This document shows positions 28,227 through 39,472 of a DNA stretch of 64,000 bases, piece after piece. Made by a program: the position numbers and the translations under genes. Source of the stretch: an uncultured Intrasporangiaceae bacterium (lineage in GTDB: Bacteria > Actinomycetota > Actinomycetes > Actinomycetales > Dermatophilaceae); contig CAZYHR010000002.1 of NCBI GenBank assembly GCA_964647395.1, forward strand, positions 5,601-69,600. Direction: 5' to 3'. How positions within the stretch are numbered: the first letter of the stretch is position 1; every line of letters starts with the position of its first letter. The notes under the pieces were generated by a model. It saw nothing but the letters and a program-made list of their open reading frames with translations. It did not search any database and was not told the origin of the DNA.

Positions 28227-29077
28227 CAGTCCTCCTGGCCCTCCACCCGGTCGATGAAGTCGAGGATGTCGCGGGCCGGCTGCTCGGGCTGGTCGAACAG
28301 GAACAGGTGACCCGCCTCGTCGTAGACGTGCAACTCGGAGCCCGGGATGAGCGAGGCGAGCAGCTCGGAGTTGGCCGGCGGGGCCATGCCGTCCTCCTCC
28401 GCGCCGAGCACCAGGGTCGGCAGGGTCAGCGTCCCCGCCCAGGGCAGCGAACTCCAGCCCATGAGCGCGCCGACCTGGCAGCCCACGCCGAGCAGGGTGG
28501 TGCGGTGGGCGTACCAGCCCTTGAGCTCGGTCTCGAACAGCTGCGGATTGCGCCCGACCCGGCCGCGGTAGACGAACGGGGCGGCCATCTCACGGATCAC
28601 CGGGATGACGTAGCGCATCGGGTTGTTGGCCCACATGAGGGTCACCGGGTCGGAGGTGTGGCTGCCGGCCCCGACGTTGGTCGCGCACAGGATGAGCGAC
28701 TCGCAGCGGTCCGGGTAGTCCCGCGCGACCTGCTGGGCGATGGTGCCACCGAAGGAGAAGCCGAGCACGTGGGCCCGCTCCACACCCAGGACGTCGAGCG
28801 ACTCGATGTAGAACTCGGCCAGCTCCGGCATGGACAGGATGTGGTTCGGCGGGCTGGACAGTCCGGTGCCGGGGTGGTCGACGGCGATGATGTCCCGGCC
28901 CTGCAGCCGCTTGGTCAACGGCTCCCAGGCCTCCAAGCAGGCTCCCAGCCCGTTGATCAGCAAGATGGGTACGCCAGGCGCGGGCTGACGACGGATGCGG
29001 ACCTTGAGGTCCTTGATCCGGAGGAAGGTGTCCTCCATCGTCGAGTACTTGACCTTGCGGATCTTCGTCGCGGCCAT
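28226..29077 (-). CDS. phaZ: Alpha/beta hydrolase resembling Pseudomonas-type intracellular PHA depolymerase PhaZ
   Basis: It is 283 aa, with ILLINGLGACLEAW, VLGFSFGGTIAQQVARDYPDRCESLILCAT, PTLVLGAEEDGMAP and DEAGHLFLF. These parallel the P. putida PhaZ sequence as I recall it. Its stop overlaps the phaC start (ATGA). Confidence 0.6.
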   Translation of the reverse strand: MAATKIRKVKYSTMEDTFLRIKDLKVRIRRQPAPGVPILLINGLGACLEAWEPLTKRLQGRDIIAVDHPGTGLSSPPNHILSMPELAEFYIESLDVLGVERAHVLGFSFGGTIAQQVARDYPDRCESLILCATNVGAGSHTSDPVTLMWANNPMRYVIPVIREMAAPFVYRGRVGRNPQLFETELKGWYAHRTTLLGVGCQVGALMGWSSLPWAGTLTLPTLVLGAEEDGMAPPANSELLASLIPGSELHVYDEAGHLFLFDQPEQPARDILDFIDRVEGQED

Positions 29078-29150
29078 CGTGTCGGCCTCTCTCCTCGGTG
29101 GCGCTGTGCGCTCTCGGTCGTGGGGGTGAATCAGGAACTGGTCGCCGGGG

Positions 29151-30236
29151 TCAGTCGAACACGATGACGCTGCGGGCGACCGAGCCCTGCTGCATCTGCT
29201 CGAAGGCCTCGTTGACCTGCTCCAGGGGGATCCGGGCCGAGACCAGCTCGTCGAGTTTGAGCCGTCCCTGCTGGTAGAGCCGCGCGTAGCGGGGGATGTC
29301 GGTGCGGAACTGGTTGCTGCCCATCAACGAGCCCTGGATCCGCTTCTCGTACATGAAGTCGACGCCGGGCAGTTCGATGCTCGTGCCCAGGGCGATCATG
29401 CCGACGACGGTCGCGGTGCCACCGGGGCGCAGCATGGCGAAGGCCTGCTCGGTGGTCGGCTTGAGCCCGATCGCCTCGAAGGAGTAGTCGACCCCGTCGC
29501 CGGTCAGCGCCTTGATCTGCTCGAGGACGTCGCCCTCGGTGCCGTCGACCGTGTCGGTGGCGCCGAACGAGCGGGCCAGTTCGAGCTTGGCGGCGTTCAT
29601 GTCGACGGCGATGACCCGCCCCGCGCCGGCCAGCATCGCGCCCTGGATGACGTTGAGCCCGACGCCGCCGCAGCCGATGACCGCGACGCTCGAGCCGCCG
29701 CGCACCTGCGCGGTGCGGAAGACCGCGCCGAGCCCGGTGGTGACCCCGCAGCCGAGCAGCGCCGCGCGGTCCAGCGGCACGTCCTCGTCGATCTTGGCAA
29801 CCGCGTTCTCGTGCACCAGCATCCGCTCGGCGAACGAGGACAGGTCCAGGAACTGGTTGATGTCCTGGCCGCCCCGCTTGAGCCGCTGCGGCTCGCCGCG
29901 ACCGCGCCGGGTGCCCCGCTTGGCGCACAGCACCAGCCGGCCCGAGGTGCAGTACTCGCAGGTGCCGCAGAAGACCGACAGGCAGGTCACCACGTGGTCG
30001 CCGGGCTTGACGTGGGTGACGTCGCGCCCGACCTCCAGGACGACGCCGGCGGCCTCGTGGCCGACGACCGTGGGCAGCCGGGTGCGGTACTTGCCCTGCA
30101 TGTAGTGCAGGTCGCTGTGGCAGACCCCGGCCGCCTTGGTCTGGACCAGGACCTCGCGGGGCCCGACGGCGTCGGTCTCGACGTCGTCGACGATGACCAG
30201 GTCGCCGGGTGCGGATTCGAGGAAAGCAGCCTTCAC
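29151..30236 (-). CDS. Zn-dependent alcohol dehydrogenase (MDR family)
   Basis: It has GVCHSDLH, GHEAAGVV, the structural-Zn Cys cluster CGTCEYCTSG and the Rossmann motif VIGCGGVGL. Confidence 0.9.
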   Translation of the reverse strand: MKAAFLESAPGDLVIVDDVETDAVGPREVLVQTKAAGVCHSDLHYMQGKYRTRLPTVVGHEAAGVVLEVGRDVTHVKPGDHVVTCLSVFCGTCEYCTSGRLVLCAKRGTRRGRGEPQRLKRGGQDINQFLDLSSFAERMLVHENAVAKIDEDVPLDRAALLGCGVTTGLGAVFRTAQVRGGSSVAVIGCGGVGLNVIQGAMLAGAGRVIAVDMNAAKLELARSFGATDTVDGTEGDVLEQIKALTGDGVDYSFEAIGLKPTTEQAFAMLRPGGTATVVGMIALGTSIELPGVDFMYEKRIQGSLMGSNQFRTDIPRYARLYQQGRLKLDELVSARIPLEQVNEAFEQMQQGSVARSVIVFD

Positions 30237-30282
30237 GTCGTTCTCCTTGGTCGGGCGCGACGTCGCGCGCGGTTGCGTCGGA

Positions 30283-30633
30283 TCACCGGGACGTCGCGCC
30301 GTCCGCCTCGATCACCTCGGGATCATCGAGCGTGACCATGGTGGCCAACTCGATCCCGCCGATCTCGGCGAGGTTGCGTCCCGCCTCGGCCCACTCCGCA
30401 GAAGCCATCGCCGCCTTGACCGCCGCCGGGTCGGTGAAGTGCATGGTGGCGAGCAGCAGCAGCGGCTCGCCCAGCACGGTGCGGCGGACCTTGGAGATCT
30501 CCACCCGGATCAGGCCCGGCGTGCGCGCGACGAGCGGCACGTGGGTGCTCCGGTAGGCGGCCTCGAAGGCGTCCGGGTCGGCAGGCATGCGGTAAAGAGC
30601 GACGAAGCGGCTCAAGAGGTGCCTCCCTGCCAT
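30283..30633 (-). CDS. EthD domain protein
   Basis: The pattern FVALYRMPADPDAFEAAYRSTHVPL...GLIRVEISKV is typical of the EthD family. An alternative TTG start at 30615 is preceded by GGGAGG. Confidence 0.65.
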   Translation of the reverse strand: MAGRHLLSRFVALYRMPADPDAFEAAYRSTHVPLVARTPGLIRVEISKVRRTVLGEPLLLLATMHFTDPAAVKAAMASAEWAEAGRNLAEIGGIELATMVTLDDPEVIEADGATSR

Positions 30634-30730
30634 CGACGGTGATGTTGGTGGTGCCGGGGCAAACGCTAGCCCGCACCTGGGCGGGCCGGGAAGTTCAGCC
30701 GCCACAGGTCACCCTGCCAAGGATTAAGCG

Positions 30731-30745
30731 ACTGAACGTTCGGGA
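30731..30745. promoter_or_regulatory. ACTGAACGTTCGGGA: GAACGTTC-core half-palindrome in the divergent ethD / enoyl-CoA hydratase control region
   Basis: It shares the ACTGAACG arm with the TetR-proximal palindrome at 14373. Confidence 0.3.
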
Positions 30746-31004
30746 TACTACGCGACCCCCGTCCGGTCCGACAGACCGGGGCCTGTGACCTAGCGCTCCC
30801 GGGTCCGGGTGCGCGACCACCGGCCGGTATGCCGCCCCGGCGGCGGCCGGGTGGCCGGGCGGCGGCGGCCGGTCCGCCGAGCCGGGGCGTGGCATACTCG
30901 TGCCACTTGCTCTCCGGCCCGGAAGCAGGCCTATGCTCAGGGTCTGGGGTTTCTCACGACCTCGCCACGACCGTCAACGAGGACCGTCAACGAGGAGGAG
31001 TCGC

Positions 31005-31856
31005 ATGGCCGAGCCGGACTCGATGGTGCAGCGTTACGCCGAGGCGTTCCCGGCGCTGTCCTTCGGATCGTCCGACGACGGGATCCTCGAGTTGGTGATG
31101 AGCAAGCCGGGTCGGCTCAACGCCGCCGACCGCAGCATGCACCGCCAACTCGCCGACGTCTGGCTGACCATCGACCAGGACGACGAGGTCGAGGTCGTCA
31201 TCGTCCGGGGCGAGGGCGGGGCGTTCAGCGCCGGCGGCGACTTCGACATGATCGACGACATCATCGCCGACTTCGCCGACCGGGCCACGGTGTGGCGCGA
31301 GGCGCGCGACCTGGTCTACAACACCATCAACTGCTCCAAGCCGGTCGTCTCGGCGATGGAGGGCCCGGCGGTCGGGGCCGGGCTGGTCGTCGGTCTGCTT
31401 GCCGACATCTCGATCGCCGGGCGCAACGCCCGGATCATCGACGGCCACACCCGCATCGGGGTCGTCGCGGGTGACCACGCGGCGATCGTCTGGCCGCTGC
31501 TGTGCGGCCTGGCCAAGAGCAAGTACTACCTGCTGCTGTGCGATCCGGTGTCCGGGCAGGAGGCCGAGCGGATCGGGCTGGTGTCGCTGGTCGTCGACGA
31601 CGGTCAGACGCTGGCCAAGGCGCACGAGATCGCGTTGCGGCTGCGCGACGGGTCGGCACCGGCGATCCGGTGGACCAAGTACTCGCTGAACAACTGGCTG
31701 CGGCTGGCCGGCCCGACCTTCGACACCTCGCTGGCCCTGGAGTTCCTCGCCTTCACCGGCCCGGACGCCAAAGAGGGCGTCGATGCCCGCCGAGCCAAGC
31801 GGAGCCCGGAGTTTAGGGGACCGCGCCGACCTTCCGGTGTCGAGGCAACCACGTGA
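31005..31856 (+). CDS. Enoyl-CoA hydratase/isomerase family protein
   Basis: Crotonase motifs are present ([28 protein letters not shown]). SD AGGAGG lies upstream of ATG 31005. Confidence 0.8.
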   Translation: MAEPDSMVQRYAEAFPALSFGSSDDGILELVMSKPGRLNAADRSMHRQLADVWLTIDQDDEVEVVIVRGEGGAFSAGGDFDMIDDIIADFADRATVWREARDLVYNTINCSKPVVSAMEGPAVGAGLVVGLLADISIAGRNARIIDGHTRIGVVAGDHAAIVWPLLCGLAKSKYYLLLCDPVSGQEAERIGLVSLVVDDGQTLAKAHEIALRLRDGSAPAIRWTKYSLNNWLRLAGPTFDTSLALEFLAFTGPDAKEGVDARRAKRSPEFRGPRRPSGVEATT

Positions 31857-31885
31857 TACCTGCGATGAAAGGACGGGTTTACAGA

Positions 31886-31910
31886 CGAACGTTCGGTCAG
31901 TAATACTGAC
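31886..31910. promoter_or_regulatory. Two abutting palindromes upstream of paaA: CGAACGTTCG and GTCAGTA-A-TACTGAC
   Basis: Read directly from the sequence, about 90-115 bp upstream of the paaA ATG. It shares GAACGTTC and the TCAGT/ACTGA arms with the 14373 site. Confidence 0.45.
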
Positions 31911-31999
31911 AGCAAAGCACGGAGGTCCCGTGGCTTCGACGTCCCCTGCCAGTCGATCCCGGACCCACACCCTCGAACCAGGCTCAAGGAGGAGCGCCG

Positions 32000-33001
32000 A
32001 TGTACGGAGCATCGTTCGGTAACGACGACGACGCCAACGCGGTCAACAAGGACGGCACGGCCGAGCAGCAGTCACACTTCCAGGCGATCATCGACGCGGA
32101 CTCGCGCATCGAGCCCCGCGACTGGATGCCGGAGGCCTACCGGCAGACCATGATCCGCCAGATCGCCCAGCACGCCCACTCGGAGATCATCGGCATGCAG
32201 CCGGAGGGCAACTGGATCACCCGGGCCCCGAGCCTGCGCCGCAAGGCCATCCTCATGGCCAAGGTCCAGGACGAGGCCGGCCACGGCCAGTACCTCTACT
32301 CCGCCATGGAGACCCTGGGCATGAGCCGCGACGAGGCCATGGACCTGCTGCACGTCGGCAAGCACAAGTACTCGTCGATCTTCAACTACCCGGCCCTCAA
32401 CTGGGGCGACGTCGGGGCGATCGGCTGGCTGGTCGACGGCGCGGCGATCCAGAACCAGATCCCGCTGTGCCGCACCTCCTACGGCCCCTACGCCCGGGCG
32501 ATGATCCGCATCTGCAAGGAGGAGTCGTTCCACCAGCGGCAGGGCTACGAGGCGCTCTACGTGCTCGCGCACGGCAGCCCGGCCCAGAAGCGGATGGCCC
32601 AGGACGCCATCAACCGGGTCTGGTGGCCCGCGCTGATGATGTTCGGTCCGCCGGACGCCAAGTCGACGCACACCCAGCAGTCGATGGAGTGGAAGATCAA
32701 GCGGCACACCAACGACGAGCTGCGCCAGAAGTTCGTCGACATGTGCGTGCCGCAGGTCGAGGCCCTCGGGCTCACCTTCCCGGACCCCGAGCTCAAGTGG
32801 AACGAGGAGCGGGGCCACTACGACTTCGGCGAGATCGACTGGGACGAGATGTTCCGGGTCGTCAAGGGCGACGGCCCGTGCAACAAGCAGCGCATGGACC
32901 ACCGCCGCCTGGCCCACGAGGAGGGCCGCTGGGTGCGTGAGGCTGCCAACGCGTATGCCGCCAAGGCAGCGGCTCGGGCTCAGAAGGAGCAGGCGGCATG
33001 A
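32000..33001 (+). CDS. paaA: 1,2-phenylacetyl-CoA epoxidase subunit A
   Basis: It is collinear with E. coli PaaA as I recall it ([47 protein letters not shown]). SD AAGGAGG is present. Confidence 0.95.
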   Translation: MYGASFGNDDDANAVNKDGTAEQQSHFQAIIDADSRIEPRDWMPEAYRQTMIRQIAQHAHSEIIGMQPEGNWITRAPSLRRKAILMAKVQDEAGHGQYLYSAMETLGMSRDEAMDLLHVGKHKYSSIFNYPALNWGDVGAIGWLVDGAAIQNQIPLCRTSYGPYARAMIRICKEESFHQRQGYEALYVLAHGSPAQKRMAQDAINRVWWPALMMFGPPDAKSTHTQQSMEWKIKRHTNDELRQKFVDMCVPQVEALGLTFPDPELKWNEERGHYDFGEIDWDEMFRVVKGDGPCNKQRMDHRRLAHEEGRWVREAANAYAAKAAARAQKEQAA

Positions 33002-33297
33002 GTGACAACGGAGAGCGCCGGGACGAGTGGGCCATCTTCGAGGTCTTCGTGCGGCCCAAGCGCGGTCTGTCGCACAACCACGTCGGCAGCATCCACGCCC
33101 CGGACCACAAGATGGCGCTCAAGAACGCCCGTGACCTCTACACCCGCCGGCAGGAGGGGGTGTCGATCTGGGTGGTCGCCAGCAGCGACATCACGGCCAG
33201 TTCGCCGGACGAGAAGGACGCCTTCTTCGAGCCGTCGGCTGACAAGATCTACCGCCACCCGACCTTCTACGACGTGCCCGAAGGGGTGCAGATGTGA
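32998..33297 (+). CDS. paaB: 1,2-phenylacetyl-CoA epoxidase subunit B
   Basis: It is 99 aa with [26 protein letters not shown]...[17 protein letters not shown]. Its ATG overlaps the paaA stop. Confidence 0.9.
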   Translation: MSDNGERRDEWAIFEVFVRPKRGLSHNHVGSIHAPDHKMALKNARDLYTRRQEGVSIWVVASSDITASSPDEKDAFFEPSADKIYRHPTFYDVPEGVQM

Positions 33298-34067
33298 TGG
33301 CGGAGGCAACCGATCCCACCGACCTGTTCGAATACGCCATCCGGCTCGGTGACGACTCGCTGGTCATGTCGCACCGCGTCGCGGAGTGGACCAGTTGGGC
33401 GCCCCAGCTCGAGGAGGACATGGCCCTGGTCAACTGCGGGCTCGACCTGCTCGGCCAGGCCCGCAACCTGCTCACCTACGCCGGCGTCGTCGAGGGCGAG
33501 GGCCGCACCGAGGACGACTTCGCCTATCTGCGCGAGGAGCACGACTTCCACAACGTGCACCTCGTCGAGCACCCGACCGTGCACCACTTCGGCCGGCTGG
33601 TCGCCCAGCTGTTCTACTACTCGGCCTACGCGGTGCCGCTGTGGCAGCAGCTGTCCGCGTCGAGCAACTCCGAGTTGGCCGAGATCGCGGTCAAGTCGCT
33701 CAAGGAGGCGCGCTACCACCTCGAGCACGCCGCGTCCTGGGTGATCCGGCTCGGCGACGGCACCGAGGAGTCGCACGCCAAGATGCAGGAGGCGCTCGAC
33801 CACTTCTGGCCCTACACCGGCGACCTGTTCGAGGCCGACGCGGTCGTCACCCGGCTGGTCGCGGCCGGGGTGGCCGCCGACCCGGCCGCGATCAAGGCGT
33901 CCTGGGACCAGACGGTCGACACGGTGCTGGCCGAGGCCACCCTGGCCAAGCCCACGGTCAACCTGCGTCAGGGCAAGGGCCGCGAGGGCGAGCACACCGA
34001 GAACCTCGGCTACCTGCTGGCGGAGATGCAGTACATCCACCGCCTGCACCCCGGAGTGACGTGGTGA
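33294..34067 (+). CDS. paaC: 1,2-phenylacetyl-CoA epoxidase subunit C
   Basis: The position and the pattern (LGDDSLVMSHRVAEW...APQLEEDMALVNCGLDLLGQAR) fit PaaC. Confidence 0.9.
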   Translation: MMAEATDPTDLFEYAIRLGDDSLVMSHRVAEWTSWAPQLEEDMALVNCGLDLLGQARNLLTYAGVVEGEGRTEDDFAYLREEHDFHNVHLVEHPTVHHFGRLVAQLFYYSAYAVPLWQQLSASSNSELAEIAVKSLKEARYHLEHAASWVIRLGDGTEESHAKMQEALDHFWPYTGDLFEADAVVTRLVAAGVAADPAAIKASWDQTVDTVLAEATLAKPTVNLRQGKGREGEHTENLGYLLAEMQYIHRLHPGVTW

Positions 34068-34069
34068 TC

Positions 34070-34573
34070 ATGGCGGACACCGCGGTGACGCCACGGGAAT
34101 CGCTGGATCGGGTCACCGACCCGGAGATCCCGGTGCTCACCATCGCCGACCTCGGGATGCTCCGCGACATCGTGGAGCATCCCGACGGCACCGTCGAGGT
34201 CGTCATCACCCCCACCTACTCGGGCTGCCCGGCGATGGACGAGATCCGCTCGGACATCGAGAAGGCCCTGCACGAGGACGGCTACCAGCAGGTCACCGTG
34301 ACCACGGTGCTGTCCCCAGCCTGGACCACCGACTGGATGTCCGAGGAGGGCAAGGCCAAGTTGCGCGACTACGGGATCGCGCCGCCGACCGGCCGGGCCC
34401 CCAGCGGGCCCGTCCCGGTGGCGCTGTCGACCCGGCCGCCGGACGAGCCGGTGCCCTGCCCGCGGTGCGGTGAGCCGGGCCGGCTCACCGCCCGATTCGG
34501 CTCGACCGCCTGCAAGTCGATGTATGTCTGCACCGCCTGCCTGGAGCCGTTCGACCACTTCAAGAACCTGTAA
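34070..34573 (+). CDS. paaD: 1,2-phenylacetyl-CoA epoxidase subunit D
   Basis: It has VTDPEIPVLTIADLGM...TPTYSGCPAM and a C-terminal Cys cluster (CPRCG...CKSMYVCTAC). Confidence 0.9.
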   Translation: MADTAVTPRESLDRVTDPEIPVLTIADLGMLRDIVEHPDGTVEVVITPTYSGCPAMDEIRSDIEKALHEDGYQQVTVTTVLSPAWTTDWMSEEGKAKLRDYGIAPPTGRAPSGPVPVALSTRPPDEPVPCPRCGEPGRLTARFGSTACKSMYVCTACLEPFDHFKNL

Positions 34574-34607
34574 GCACCGACTCAGCGAGGAGACGGGGAG
34601 AGCACCG

Positions 34608-35708
34608 ATGTCCACCACCACCGACGCCAGCCCGCGCAAACGCGTCGCGTTCCATGTCCTCAAGGTCAAGGAACTCGACCGGATCACCGACGACGCGGTC
34701 GCGATCACCTTCGACGTGCCCGAGGAACTGCGGGACGAGTTCCGCTACGAGCCGGGCCAGCACGTCGCGGTGCGCGCGACCATCGCCGGCGACGACGTGC
34801 GGCGCAACTACTCGATCTGTGCTCCGGCCGGGTCCGGGCGGCTGCGCATCGGCGTCAAGCGGCTGCCGACCGGCGTGTTCTCCGGCTACGCCCTCGAGCG
34901 GCTGCAGGTCGGGGACAGCCTCGAGGTGATGAGCCCGACGGGCAACTTCACCCTCGAGGACAGCGGCGGCCAGCCGCGCCACATCGGGGCCGTGGCCGCC
35001 GGCTCGGGCATCACCCCGATCCTGTCGATCCTGTCCTCGGTCCTGCAGGACGAGCCGCACAGCCGGGCCACCCTGATCTTCGTCAACCCGACGACCAGTT
35101 CGATCATGTTCCTCGAGGAGTTGGAGGACCTCAAGAACGCCCACCTGGGCCGGTTCGAGGCCTTCTACGTGCTGGACAACGAGCGGCAGGACACCGAGAT
35201 CCTGTCCGGCCGCCTGGACGCCGAGCGCCTGGTGCAGATCCTCGAGGGGTCCGGCGCGGGCAGCGTCGACGACTGGTTCCTGTGCGGCCCGCTGCCGCTG
35301 ACCGACGTGGTGCGTGAGGCGCTGATGTCCCGCGGCGTCGAGGACGAGCACATCCACCGCGAGCTGTTCCACACCAGCGCCGCTCCGCCGCCGTCCCCGC
35401 CGAAGATCGAGGGCGACGCCGCCGCCGAGGGCTTCGCGGTGACCGTCGTCCTGGACGGCCGGTCCACCGACTTCAAGCTGCAGCCGGGCACCCAGACCAT
35501 CCTCGACGCGGCCCGGGTCATCCGCGCTGAGATCCCCTACGCGTGCAAGAACGGCGTCTGCGGCACCTGCCGCTGCAAGATCACCTCGGGCTCGGTCGAG
35601 ATGGTCCAGAACTACGCCCTGGAGAAGGACGAGGTGGACAAGGGCTACGTCCTGGCCTGCCAGTCCTATCCGACCTCGGACGGCATCGTCGCCGATTTCG
35701 ACGCCTGA
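34608..35708 (+). CDS. paaE: 1,2-phenylacetyl-CoA epoxidase reductase subunit E (FNR-like + 2Fe-2S)
   Basis: It has the flavin-binding RNYSI motif, the NAD-binding AAGSGITP motif and the plant-type ferredoxin pattern CKNGVCGTCRC...LACQ. Confidence 0.9.
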   Translation: MSTTTDASPRKRVAFHVLKVKELDRITDDAVAITFDVPEELRDEFRYEPGQHVAVRATIAGDDVRRNYSICAPAGSGRLRIGVKRLPTGVFSGYALERLQVGDSLEVMSPTGNFTLEDSGGQPRHIGAVAAGSGITPILSILSSVLQDEPHSRATLIFVNPTTSSIMFLEELEDLKNAHLGRFEAFYVLDNERQDTEILSGRLDAERLVQILEGSGAGSVDDWFLCGPLPLTDVVREALMSRGVEDEHIHRELFHTSAAPPPSPPKIEGDAAAEGFAVTVVLDGRSTDFKLQPGTQTILDAARVIRAEIPYACKNGVCGTCRCKITSGSVEMVQNYALEKDEVDKGYVLACQSYPTSDGIVADFDA

Positions 35709-35764
35709 ACCCTCCCCGTGAGGGGCGAACCTGGCCCGCCTACTGAGCCAGACCATCGACGCCC

Positions 35765-35803
35765 CGGTATGCCGCGTGGCAGACTCGGCCTCGCGGCATA
35801 CCG
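35765..35803. repeat. Inverted repeat CGGTATGCCGCG-N15-CGCGGCATACCG between paaE and paaJ
   Basis: Read directly from the sequence; it has perfect 12-bp arms. The arm sequence is the same as the hairpin at 24976 and the inverted repeat at 58326. Confidence 0.8.
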
Positions 35804-35865
35804 TTGCGCCACCAGTCAGCTGACCACACGTGACCAAATCCGGCACACCAAGAACCGAGAAGGAC

Positions 35866-37068
<1,203 letters not shown>

Positions 37069-37134
37069 CCCGACAACCACCCAATCCCTGAGCCCGCGTC
37101 ACAGACCCTCCCCCTTTAGGAAGGACCGCAACCG

Positions 37135-38445
37135 ATGCTCGACCTCACGCCGAAGGACTCCGATCTCGAGCCGATCGAGAAGGCGTCGCGCAAGGAACTC
37201 GAAGAGCTCCAGCTGGAACGGATGAAGTGGTCCGTCGCCCACACGTACAAGAACCAGGCGATGTACCAGAAGAAGTGCGACCAGGCGGGGGTGCACCCCG
37301 ACCAGCTCAAGACGCTCAAGGATCTGGGCCGGTTCCCCTTCACGGTCAAGAACGACCTGCGCGACACCTACCCCTTCGGCATGTTCTGCGTGCCGATGAA
37401 CCAGATCCGCCGGATCCACGGCTCCTCGGGCACGACCGGCAAGCCGATCGTCGTCGGCTACACCGCCAACGACCTGGACATGTGGACCAACGTCGTGGCC
37501 CGCTCGATCCGCGCCTCCGGCGGGCGGCCCGGCAACATCGTGCACAACGCCTACGGCTACGGCCTGTTCACCGGCGGCCTCGGTCTGCACGCGGGTGCCG
37601 AGCGGCTCGGCTGTGCCGTCGTGCCGATGTCCGGCGGCCAGACCGAGAAGCAGGTCCAGCTGATCAACGACTTCAAGCCGGACGTCATCGTCGTCACCCC
37701 GTCCTACATGCTCTCGATCCTGGACGAGATGGAGCGGGTCGGCGTCGACCCCAAGAAGACCTCGCTCAAGACCGGCATCTTCGGTGCCGAGCCGTGGACC
37801 GCGGACATGCGCCGCGAGATGGAGTCGCGGCTGGACATGCACGCGGTCGACCTCTACGGCCTGTCCGAGGTGGTCGGCCCCGGCGTCGCCAACGAGTGCG
37901 TCGAGACCAAGGACGGCCTGCACGTCTGGGAGGACCACTTCTACCCGGAGATCATCGACCCGGAGAGCGGCGAGGTGCTGCCCGACGGCGAGAAGGGTGA
38001 GCTCGTCTTCACGTCGCTGACCAAGGAAGCCTTCCCGGTCATGCGCTACCGCACCCGGGACCTGACCCGCCTGCTGCCGGGCACCGCCCGCACCATGCGC
38101 CGGCTGGAGAAGATCACCGGTCGCAGCGACGACATGATCATCCTGCGTGGCGTCAACATGTTCCCGAGCCAGTTCGAGGAGATCCTGCTGGAGATCCCGG
38201 GCCTGACGGCGTTCTTCCAGATCCACCTGGGCAAGAAGGGCCGCATGGACACCTGTGACGTCTACGTCGAGGCTCGTGAGCAGGCCGCTCAGGAGCACGA
38301 CCGTGAGGTGCTCGCCAAGCAGGTCGTGGGCCGGGTCAAGGACGTCATCGGCGTCACGGTCGGCGTGCACGTCCTGCCGCCCGGAGGCATGGAGCGCTCG
38401 CAGGGCAAGGCCAAGCGCATCGTCGACAACCGGCCGGACCACTGA
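37135..38445 (+). CDS. paaK: Phenylacetate-CoA ligase
   Basis: It is collinear with the PaaK family (HTYKN...Y..K, FPFT.KNDLRD.YPFG, IHGSSGTTGKP, YGLSE..GPGVA.EC, YRTRDLT). Confidence 0.95.
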   Translation: MLDLTPKDSDLEPIEKASRKELEELQLERMKWSVAHTYKNQAMYQKKCDQAGVHPDQLKTLKDLGRFPFTVKNDLRDTYPFGMFCVPMNQIRRIHGSSGTTGKPIVVGYTANDLDMWTNVVARSIRASGGRPGNIVHNAYGYGLFTGGLGLHAGAERLGCAVVPMSGGQTEKQVQLINDFKPDVIVVTPSYMLSILDEMERVGVDPKKTSLKTGIFGAEPWTADMRREMESRLDMHAVDLYGLSEVVGPGVANECVETKDGLHVWEDHFYPEIIDPESGEVLPDGEKGELVFTSLTKEAFPVMRYRTRDLTRLLPGTARTMRRLEKITGRSDDMIILRGVNMFPSQFEEILLEIPGLTAFFQIHLGKKGRMDTCDVYVEAREQAAQEHDREVLAKQVVGRVKDVIGVTVGVHVLPPGGMERSQGKAKRIVDNRPDH

Positions 38446-38463
38446 CCAGCCGGACCGCACGGT

Positions 38464-38498
38464 CCCGGCCGGCCGGCGCAACGCGCCGACCGGCCGGG
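38464..38498 (+). terminator. GC-rich hairpin (16-bp stem, one mismatch, AAC loop) downstream of paaK
   Basis: It reads CCCGGCCGGCCGGCGC-AAC-GCGCCGACCGGCCGGG and starts 19 nt after the paaK stop. Confidence 0.45.
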
Positions 38499-38615
38499 GC
38501 CAAAGTGCTGTTCTCCGGGCCCGTTGCGGCATAGCATCCGACAATCGATGCATCGGACGGTCGGTGCATCCGGGAATCGATGACCGTGCTGCTCCCCTGA
38601 CGACAAGGACGTTTG

Positions 38616-39407
38616 ATGGCTGGGACGAAGCTCTCCGGACGGGTGGCCCTGGTCACCGGTGGCACCCGCGGCATCGGCGCGACGATCTGCCGATCGCTGG
38701 CCGGGCAGGGCGCCACGATCGCCGCGGCCTTCAGTGGCAACACCGAGGCGGCCGAGCGGTTCCGCACCGAGTTCGCCCAGCAGCACCCGGACAGCGTCCT
38801 GTCGCTGCACCGGGGCAACGTCGGCGTGGGGGATGACTGCCGGCGGATGGTCCAGGAGGTCCTGGACGCCCACGGCCGTCTGGACATCCTAGTCAACAAC
38901 GCGGGCATCACCAGCGACGGGCTGGTGCTCAAGATGACCGACGAGCAGTGGAGTTCGGTCATCGACGTCAATCTCTCCGGGGCGTTCTACCTGTCCCAGG
39001 CCGCCCTGCGACACATGCTCGACCGCGGCAGCGGTCGCATCATCTTCATCGGCTCGATTGTCGGCGACATCGGCAACATGGGCCAGGCCAACTACTCGGC
39101 CAGCAAGTCCGCCCTCACTGGGCTGACCATGAGCTTGGCCCGGGAGACGGCCTTCCTGCTCAAGCGTTCCGGCAAGCTCGATGTCGCCCCTGGGCTCACG
39201 GTCAACTGTGTCAGCCCTGGCGTCATCGGCACCGAGATGGTCCAGGCGATCCCCGACAAGATCAAGGAGAGCCTGCTGGAGGAGATCCCGCTCCACCGCT
39301 TCGGTGACCCCGAAGAGGTGGCCAGAGTCGTGCACTTCCTCGCGGCTGACGCCTCGTCCTATATCCACGGACAGGTGTGGCGTGTCAACGGGGGCAAGGC
39401 GATGTGA
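38616..39407 (+). CDS. SDR family 3-oxoacyl reductase (FabG / acetoacetyl-CoA reductase PhaB-like)
   Basis: It has TGGTRGIG, NNAGI, the catalytic YSASK and PGVIGTEM, with an insertion relative to classical FabG. Confidence 0.8.
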   Translation: MAGTKLSGRVALVTGGTRGIGATICRSLAGQGATIAAAFSGNTEAAERFRTEFAQQHPDSVLSLHRGNVGVGDDCRRMVQEVLDAHGRLDILVNNAGITSDGLVLKMTDEQWSSVIDVNLSGAFYLSQAALRHMLDRGSGRIIFIGSIVGDIGNMGQANYSASKSALTGLTMSLARETAFLLKRSGKLDVAPGLTVNCVSPGVIGTEMVQAIPDKIKESLLEEIPLHRFGDPEEVARVVHFLAADASSYIHGQVWRVNGGKAM

Positions 39408-39472
39408 GCCCCCTAGGTTTCATGCATCCCCGCTGACGCGGCGCCCGCCGCTACCCAACGAAAGGATTCGGC

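Noticed and set aside
38616-39407. Calling the SDR gene phaB (acetoacetyl-CoA reductase) outright.
   Set aside because: It has generic FabG/SDR motifs and an insertion not typical of classical PhaB. Position alone is insufficient, so I left it as FabG/PhaB-like.
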